Source: Amphiscolops sp. MND2022 (taxonomy: Eukaryota). From it: a stretch of DNA of 64,000 nt. The notes beneath the pieces were generated by a model. That model worked only from the letters and a program-made list of their open reading frames with translations, had not been told where the DNA came from and searched no databases. The DNA lies in assembly GCA_964187785.1 (NCBI GenBank), contig OZ076409.1:53942001-54006000 (forward strand). Direction: 5' to 3'. Of the stretch, positions 55,600-64,000 are shown piece after piece (position 1 is the first letter of the stretch; the number at the start of each line of letters is the position of its first letter). A program made the position numbers and the translations under genes.

Positions 55600-58500
55600 A
55601 TTAATTGTTTTTCAAATCCGAAGTACTAGAAGGAAAGGAAAGGAAAGGAAAGGAAAGTTTATTTGGCTGCATACTCGAAAAGATACAATTTCATCTCATG
55701 TTATTGAAGAAATTCTAAATTTACATCCAGCCAGGAGGGGAGCCAAGATGTCATCGTTGATTTTCTTGGCAAGCTTCCGAAGCTGTTGTTCTTCGCGGAC
55801 ATCTAATTCATGGATACTTCTCAAAAAGTTACGGAACGTTTCAAAGGGACGTCCCTTGCCATTTCCACATCATCTTCTTCAAATCTCTGTAAAAAGATTT
55901 CGTTTTTTGCACTGCTATGTAACAACGTTTGTACATTTTCTTACACGCTACAGACCATAACAATCTTCAACAAACGGGAATGTCTATAGTCGGAGCTACA
56001 CTTACGGCTCAAAAAGGGCATATTTTTGTTTTCTTGTGTAATTCCTGTTGGGCAAAAAGTAGTTTCCCTGTCTCAGGCGTAATTTTGGAGGTTGTTGTTC
56101 ACACTGAGAAAATGATAAAAGCATGAAACTAGAACCTTTGCAATTTTAGGAAAGTTGAGCGATCTCGGTTTGTTAAATTATTGCACATATTTTCACCAGA
56201 AGTGTCAAACATTGGAAAAATTTTCGACAACCTTGGGGTCAATTTGAGAAACTTTTTTTAAACATGAATCTACAGATATCTTTTCAAATATAAGCGTAGT
56301 GGACACCGAGTTTAGCTGTTGTTGAGTATTTACACCATTTTAACCCGAGAAGTAGCTCGAAACATTTTCCTTTGAAAGGTAAACCCCATATCTAGTGATT
56401 TTGCTTGGAGATTTTTGAAACATAAATACTGGAAAAATGAGGTCGAAATTTACGTTTTCATGCAAAGGTTTTGAAAATTTAGCAATAAATTTGTCTGATA
56501 ACTTTTCGAAATACAACCGGTAGCTACAAGTTTCAATCTGAACCTTTGATATTTCTGATTGAAGAAAATGTTTGGAAAGGGTCCAAAATTGGGACTATGT
56601 TGTCTGAAAAAAAGAAAGTTCGGAAAATTTGACACCTTTGTTTTAAACTTTATCTCATTTTCCCCCCAATTGCATTTTGAATACATTATTGTATAAACGA
56701 TCAGGTCATTGGAAGTTCTATTCTTCGAACATTTTCGTGGGTTGAACAAAAACTGAGATTAGTTTGCCAAACGAGGTGATTTTTGTTGTTTCAGAGGTTT
56801 TAGGGTGTTTTCAAGGCCAATTAAAATGCAGTTATCGTTTTCAAATTGCCTACTGGAAATACCCGGATTAGTAATTGTTGAGTTTTCAAAACCATTTTCA
56901 AACCCGAAGTACTAGAAGATGTCAGATTGTTGATTTTCATGGCATGCTTCCAAAGCTGGTTTTTCGCGGATATCTAATTCATTGATACTTCTCAAGAAGG
57001 TACGAATCGTTTCAAACGGACGTTCTTTGCCATTTCCACATCATCTTTTTCAAATCTCTGTAATAAAATTTCGTTTTTTGCACTGCTGTGTAACAACGTT
57101 TGTACATTTTCTTACACGCTGCAGCCCTTACCAATCGTCAACAAACGGGAATGTCTATAGTCGGTGCTACACTTAAGGCTCAAAAAGAGCAAAGTTTTGT
57201 TTTCTTTTGTAATTCCGGTTGGGCAAAAAGTGGTTTCCTAGTCTCAGGCGTACTTTTTGAAGTAACTTTTGGCACTGAGAAAATGGTTAAAGCATGAAAC
57301 TAGGTCCTTTGCAATTTTAGGAAAGTTGAGGGATCTCGGTTTGTTAAATTATTGCACATAGTTTCACCAGAAGTGTCAAACATTGGAAAAAGTTTCGACA
57401 ACCTTGGGGTCAATTTGAGAAACTTTTTTTAAACATGAATCTACAGATATCTCTTCAAATATAAGCGTAGTGGACACCGAGTTTAGCTGTTGTTGAGTAT
57501 TTACACCATTTTAACCCGAGAAGTAGCTCGAAACATTTTCCTTTGAAAGGTAAACCCCATATCTAGTGATTTTGTTTGTAGATTTTTGAAACATAAATAC
57601 TGGAAAAATGAAGTCGAAATTTACGTTTCCAAGCAAAGTTTTCAAAAGTTTTGCATATAAATTTGTCTGATAACTTTTCGAAACACAACCGGTTGCTACA
57701 AGATTCAATCTTGAGCCTACGATATTTCTGATTGAAGAAAATTTTTGGAAAGGGTCCAAAATTGGACAATGTTGTCTGAAATAGAGAAAGTTTGGAAATT
57801 TTGACACCTTTGTTGTAAATTTTATCTCATTTCCCCCCCAATTGCGTTTTGAATACATTAGTGTTTAAACGCTCAGGTCATTAGAAGTTTTTTTCTTCGA
57901 ACATTTTCATGGGTTTAAAAAAATTGAGATTATTTTGCCAAACGATTTTGGGGTGTTTTTGATGCCACTTCCAACAACAAAATGCAGTTATTGTGTCAAA
58001 ATTGCCTACTGGAGATACCCGGATTAGTAATTGTTGAGTTTTTAAAATGATTTTCAAATCCGAAGTACTAGAAGATGTCAGATTGTTGATTTTCATGGCA
58101 TGCTTCCGAAGCTGTTGTTCTTCGCGCACATCTTATTCAATGATACTTCTCAAAAGGTTACGAACCGTTTCAAACGGACGTCCCTGCCGTTTCCACATCA
58201 TCTGCTTCAGATCTCTGTAAAAAGATTTCGTTTTTTGCAATGCTGTGTAACAACGTTTGTACATTTTCTTACACGCTGCAGACCATACCAATCGTCAACA
58301 AACGGGAATGTCTATAGTCGGTGCTTCACTTAAGGCTCAAAACCTAAAAAGAGCAAAGTTTTGTTTTCTTTTGTATTTCCGGTTGGGCAAAAAGTGGTTT
58401 CCTAGTCTCAGGCGTACTTTTTGAGGTAACTTTTGGCACTGAGAAAATGGTTAAAGCATGAAACTAGGTCCTTTGCAATTTTAGGAAAGTTGAGCGATCT

Positions 58501-60665
58501 CGGTTTGTTAAATTATTGCACATAGTTTCACCAGAAGTGTCAAACATTGGAAAAAGTTTCGACAACCTTGGGGTCATTTTGAGAAACTTTTTTTAAACAT
58601 GAATCTACAGATATCTCTTCAAATATAAGCGTAGTGGACACCGAGTTTAGCTGTTGTTGAGTATTTACACCATTTTAACCCGAGAAGTAGCTCGAAACAT
58701 TTTCCTTTGAAAGGTAAACCCCATATCTAGTGATTTTGCTTGGACATTTTTGAAACATAAATACTGGAAAATTGAGGTCGAAATTTACGTTTTCATGCAA
58801 AGGTTTTGAAAATTTAGCAAAAAATTTGTCTGATAACTTTTCGAAATACAACCGGTAGCTACAAGTTTCGATCTGAACCTATGATATTTCTGATTGAAGA
58901 AAATGTTTGGAAAGGGTCCAAAATTGGGACTATGTTGTCTGAAAAAAAGAAAGTTCGGAAAATTTGACACCTTTGTTTTAAACTTTATCTCATTTTCCCC
59001 CCAATTGCATTTTGAATACATTATTGTATAAACGATCTGGTCATTGGAAGTTCTATTCTTCGAACATTTTCGTGGGTTGAACAAAAACTGAGATTAGTTT
59101 GCCAAACGAGGTGATTTTTGTTGTTTCAGAGGTTTTAGGGTGTTTTCAAGGCCAATTCCAACAAAAAAAATGCAGTTATCGTTTTCAAATTGACTACTGG
59201 AAATACCCGGATTAGTAATTGTTGAGTTTTCAAAACCATTTTCAAACCCGAAGTACTAGAAGATGTCAGATTGTTGATTTTCATGGCAAGCATCCGAAGC
59301 TGTTGTTTTTCGCGGATATCTAATTCATTGATACTTCTCAAGAAGGTACGAATCGTTTCAAACGGACGTCCTTTGCCATTTCCACATCATCTTTTTCAAA
59401 TCTCTGTAATAAAATTTCGTTTTTTGCACTGCTGTGTAACAACGTTTGTACATTTTTTTACACGCTGCAGCCCTTACCAATCGTCAACAAACGGGAATGT
59501 CTATAGTCGGCGCTACACTTAAGGCTCAAAAAGAGCAAAGTTTTGTTTTCTTTTGTAATTCCGGTTGGGCAAAAAGTGGTTTCCTAGTCTCAGGTGTACT
59601 TTTTGAGGTAACTTTTGGCACTGAGAAAAAGGTTAAAGCATGAAACGAGGTCCTTTGCAATTTTAGGAAAGTTGAGTGATCTCGGTTTGTTAAATTATTG
59701 CACATAGTTTCACCAGAAGTGTCAAACATTGGAAAAAGTTTCGACAACCTTGGGGTCAATTTGAGAAACTTTTTTTAAACATGAATCTACAGATATCTCT
59801 TCAAATATAAGCGTAGTGGACACCGAGTTTAGCTGTTGTTGAGTATTTACACCATTTTAACCCGAGAAGTAGCTCGAAACATTTTCCTTTGAAAGGTAAA
59901 CCCCATATCTAGTGATTTTGCTTGGAGATATTTGAAACATAAATACTGGAAAAATGAAGTCGAAATTTACGTTTTCAAGCAAAGTTTTCAAAGGTTTTGC
60001 ATATAAATTTGTCTGATAACTTTTCGAAACACAACCGGTAGCTACAAGATTCAATCTTGAGCCTATGATATTTCTGATTGAAGAAAATGTTTGGAAAGGG
60101 TCCAAAATTGGGACTATGTTGTCTGACAAAAAAGAAAGTTCGGAAAATTTGACACCTTTGTTTTAAACTTTATCTAATTTCCCCCAAATGCATTTTGAAT
60201 ACATTATTGTATAAACGATCAGGTCATTGGAAGTTCTATTCTTCGGACATTTTCGTGGGTTGAACAAAAACTGAGATTAGTTTGCCAAACGAGGTGATTT
60301 TTGTTGTTTCAGAGGTTTTAGGGTGTTTTCAAGGCCAATTAAAATGCAGTTATCGTTTTCAAATTGCCTACTGGAAATACCCGGATTAGTAATTGTTGAG
60401 TTTTTAAAACCATTTTCAAACCCGAAGTACTAGAAGATGTCAGATTGTTGATTTTCATGGCATGCTTCCGAAGCTGTTGTTCTTCGCGCACATCTTATTC
60501 AATGATACTTCTCAAAAGGTTACGAACCGTTTCAAACGGACGTCCCTGCCATTTCCACATCATCTGCTTCAGATCTCTGTAAAAAGATTTCGTTTTTTGC
60601 ACTGCTGTGAACGAAAGTTTGTACATTTTCTTCCACGCTACAGACCAAAACAATTGTCAAAAAAC
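55600..60665. repeat. Tandem repeat, ~1.17 kb unit, ~4.3 copies
   Basis: Marker CCGAAGTACTAGAAG recurs at about 55618, 56903, 58060, 59248 and 60422, and the ORFs in the track recur with it. Confidence 0.95.
55633..55748 (-). mobile_element. ~116 bp 5'-truncated LINE/SINE tail inserted in the first tandem unit
   Basis: Splits GAAGTACTAGAAG|ATGTC; minus-strand AATAAA followed by (CTTTC)5; AAG duplicated at the junctions. Confidence 0.6.
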
Positions 60666-60707
60666 AGGAAAATCAAAAATTGAATAAAGTTATGCCGGCT
60701 GTATGTC

Positions 60708-61045
60708 TAGAACAAATTGAAAACAAAAAATGAAAAATTTGAAGCAGTCTCTCAGTGTAGAAAAATGTAAAAGGAGGGGACCTTTTGGACTTTTTTGACA
60801 TTCATTTGTTGCAACAAAATTGAAACGGAGGACCCTTTAGTCTTGTCCGGTTCTGTATGTTACGTTAGATGTGGATTAAATGAAAAAAATTAACTTAGAT
60901 GCGTTTCCGCTGGTCGGTCCAGTAGTTTAGTAGTTTCTGTAAAAAGAGTTCAATACGCATAACTTTTCCTATCTGACGGAAAAAAAAAGAAAACATTCGC
61001 ACTGTAACCGTCGCGCTCTTTTTGTTAAAATGCGCCGTCTAAAAA
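60708..61045 (-). mobile_element. Helentron-type repeat copy (partial); near-duplicate at 63648-63985
   Basis: Shares ggggacc, ctttagtc..gtccgg, ggtccagtagtttagt and the actgtaa..gtcg..cgccg.ctaaaa end with 4274-4756. Confidence 0.6.
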
Positions 61046-61362
61046 CGACTCAGGAGCAAAGTTACGATTCGGGATTTCTCTAGTGTGAACCTCAAAATTA
61101 TGTCTTGACACAATCTGACAAGCCAGCGGTTTGTATAAAGCGAGATGAATCCTCAATGCGGGACAGATATAGTACTTTCTCTTCGTGAAGTCTAAAAGAT
61201 TTGTAGGGTTTTTGAAAAGAGTGAAATACTCCGTCTTAGTGAAGAATCGGTTTAGCTGGTGGGTTTGCATAGTATCCACTAGTCATCTAAGACTGGTCAC
61301 AGCCATGGAATTGGTAGAGAAGCTACAGAGAATTTAACTTAACAATGAAGTTCGAGCACTGT

Positions 61363-61364
<2 letters not shown>

Positions 61365-61424
<60 letters not shown>
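61365..61424. repeat. (CAG)20 microsatellite
   Basis: 20 uninterrupted CAG units. Confidence 0.97.
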
Positions 61425-61425
<1 letters not shown>

Positions 61426-62314
61426 TGAGATAATCGAGGGAAGCTCACCGAAATATAATATTAAACAAGGGTTCTAAATGGCGTTGCAAGCACGTCTATT
61501 GGGTTTTCTCGAGCCGCTTTTATGTAGTTTTACTCTCAGTTGACACTTTACAGTTGATTCATGACAGAATGTAATAATTCGAGTTCCAGAAACAAGTTTT
61601 TGACGATGCTTAACATTTTTTAAAATGCAATCACTTCCTAAGAATTTCACGTCATCACACATGTACGGTGTACGGTAACTCTGACATTACACCAGAGCAC
61701 AAAACTCGTCAAAAACTTTCCATTGTTTCAATGATCACTATCGCTGATGATTTTATAAAAATCTTGATATCGTCGTTAAACCTGTCGTTATTCAAGATTT
61801 CAAGGATTTTGAAAACCTTTGAGATATTGGCAGTTTTTGTTTTTGACCTTGACTTCTGGTTTTAGGGTTTCTGTTCACACTTTAGCCTGGGATCGATAAA
61901 ATTTTGTTCTTATAACGTTCGTTTCTTCCGGGGGACAAATTTCCTAAAACTTGATTCGTTGTGAATCTGGAAAGCATGCGTTTTTTGGCAGAATAATTCA
62001 TTCGAAACATTTTCTCTCCTTGCTGAGAAAGGCTACTGCAAACAATTGTCTTTTGAACATTCTTTACGAACTGGAAGACTTTGCTATCTCAAAAATATTA
62101 GCACCAGAAGACCGAAAGATTGTTATGATTGAAATTAATCCTGTGTATTTCGTTTTGCTCACGAAAACCAGGCGGTTGCTTTGCAAACTGGAACATCAAT
62201 ACTACAAGACGCCCGCTGAGCAACGAGATATTTTCTGCCCCAAACTGTTCTACAACTACATAAATTTGAGGGCCAAGAATACCCAATGCTTATGAAAATG
62301 CAAAAAAATTCGCA

Positions 62315-63430
62315 GAAACTAGATCCTTTGCAAGTTTAGTAAAGCTGAGCAATCCCTGTTTGTTAAATTAATGCACATAGTTTCACCAGAAGTGTCAAAC
62401 ATTGGAAATAGTTTCGACAACTTTGGGGTCAATATTGAACTTTTTCAACAGAAATCTACAGATGTCTCTTCAAATATGAGCGTACTGGACACCGAGTTCA
62501 GCTGTTGTTGAATATTCACACCATTCTAACCCACGAAGTAGCTCGAAACATTTTCCTTTGAAAGGTGTACCCCATATTTGATGATTTTGCTTGGAGGTTT
62601 TTGAATAGTAAATATTGGACAAATGAGATCGAAAGTTGTGTTTTCAAGCAAAGTTTCTGAAAGTTGTGCAAACAAACTTGTCTGATATCTTTTTGAAACA
62701 CTACCGGTAGCTACAAGTTACAATCTTGAGCCTACGATAATTTTGATTGAAGTAAAGTTTGGGAAAGTGTCCAGAATTGAGACTATGTTGTCTGAAATAA
62801 AGAAAGATCGGAAATTTTGACACCTTTGTTGTAAACTTTATCCCATTTTCCCCCCAATTGCGCTTTGAATACATGAATGTTTAAACTGGAAGTTCTAAAT
62901 GACTAACTAAAGTTCTATTTTTCGAGACTAAATGTCACTGGAAATTCTGTTTTTCGGAAATTTTTGTGGGTTGAACAACAATTGAGAATAGTTTGCAAAA
63001 CGAGGTGATTTTTGTTGTTTCAGAGCTTTTAAAGTGTTTTTAAGGCGAATTTCAGCAACAAAATGCAGTTATCGTTTCAGAATTGCCTACTGGAGATACC
63101 CGGATTATTAATTGTTGAGTTTTTGAAACCATTTTCAAACCCGAAGTACTAGAAGATGTCAGGTCGTTGATTTTCTTGGCAAGCTTCCGAAGCTGTTGTT
63201 CTTCGCGCACATCTTATTCATTGATACTTCTCAAAAAGTCACGAATCGTTTCAAACGGATGTCTCTTGCTATTTCCATATCATCTTCTTCAAATCTCTGT
63301 AAAAAGATTGCGATTTTTGCACTGCTGTGTAACAACGTTTGAACAATTTCTTGCACGCTACAGACCATAACAATAGCCAAAAACCAGAAAATCTAAAGTC
63401 GACTCTTTAGTTAAGGCTCAAAAAGAGCAT
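62315..63430. repeat. Diverged further copy of the 1.17 kb unit
   Basis: Colinear with the array (caccagaagtgtcaaacattgg; ccgaagtactagaagatgtc at ~63141) but more diverged. Confidence 0.9.
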
Positions 63431-63647
63431 AGTTTTATAAATTTGCCTAAAACTTTTTAAATGAAACCTCACGAAGGGTCGAAACACACAAAGGAAGCTC
63501 AGAAAACGCTTCAAAAATTCGTATATAGCATGCTGGGCCACGTGGGAACCCTTTTAGTGAACCTCGGCCTTCTCAAGGAATTTCACTACGGAGTTAACCT
63601 CAGAAGGTTGGCTAGCATTGAACAAATTTATGGTGGCTGTATATTGA

Positions 63648-63985
63648 GAACAAATTGAAAACAAAAAATGAACATTTTGAAGCAGTCTCACAGTGTAGAA
63701 AATTGTAAAAGGAGGGGACCTTTTGAACTTTTTTGACATCCCATTTAATGCAACAAAATTGAAACAGGGGACCCTTTAGTCTTGTCCGGTTTTGTATGTT
63801 ACGTTAGAAGGGGATTAAATGAAAAAATTAACTTAGATGCGTTTCCGCTGGTCGGTCCAGTAGTTTAGTCGTTTCTGTAAAAAGTGTTCACTACGCATAA
63901 ATTTTCCCATCTGACGGAAAAAAAAAGAAAACATTCGCACTGTAACCGTCGCGCTCATTTTGTTAAAATGCGCCGTCTAAAAACG
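63648..63985 (-). mobile_element. Helentron-type repeat copy (partial)
   Basis: Near-identical to 60708-61045, including the flank aacgactcaggagcaaagt. Confidence 0.6.
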
Positions 63986-64000
63986 ACTCAGGAGCAAAGT

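Noticed and set aside
61450..62295. Polinton/Maverick ATPase-like fragment
   Set aside because: Only vague similarity; no intact Walker motifs.
55748..63370. Recurrent short ORFs in the tandem array as a gene family
   Set aside because: They occur on both strands, frameshift between units and show no recognisable domains.

Overview
Repeat-rich animal (invertebrate-like) genomic DNA. The main object is a young, intact 19.1 kb Ty3/Gypsy LTR retrotransposon (31484-50626). It has 2176-bp LTRs differing at about 7 positions by eye and a CCAGC target-site duplication. Between pol and the 3' LTR it carries, on the opposite strand, an intron-containing gene of about 1055 aa that looks like a catalytically dead hAT transposase with an intact BED-like zinc finger. 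The element's non-coding DNA holds about 60 phased GATG-N7-GATG dyads. Together these suggest a retrotransposon-encoded DNA-binding protein plus its binding-site arrays. Its gag ORF starts inside the LTR and reads through the PBS, as in a decayed sister element at 7.6-10.8 kb. The element lies in a ~24 kb intron of a predicted 4-exon minus-strand host gene. Also present: an intronless RGS12/loco-like gene, an intact CR1/L2-group LINE, a decayed Gypsy at 0.4-5.5 kb, many Helentron-type non-autonomous repeats, MITEs, long palindromes and a ~1.17 kb tandem repeat with ~2.34 kb higher-order structure. All family assignments are from motif recognition by eye; no searches were run.
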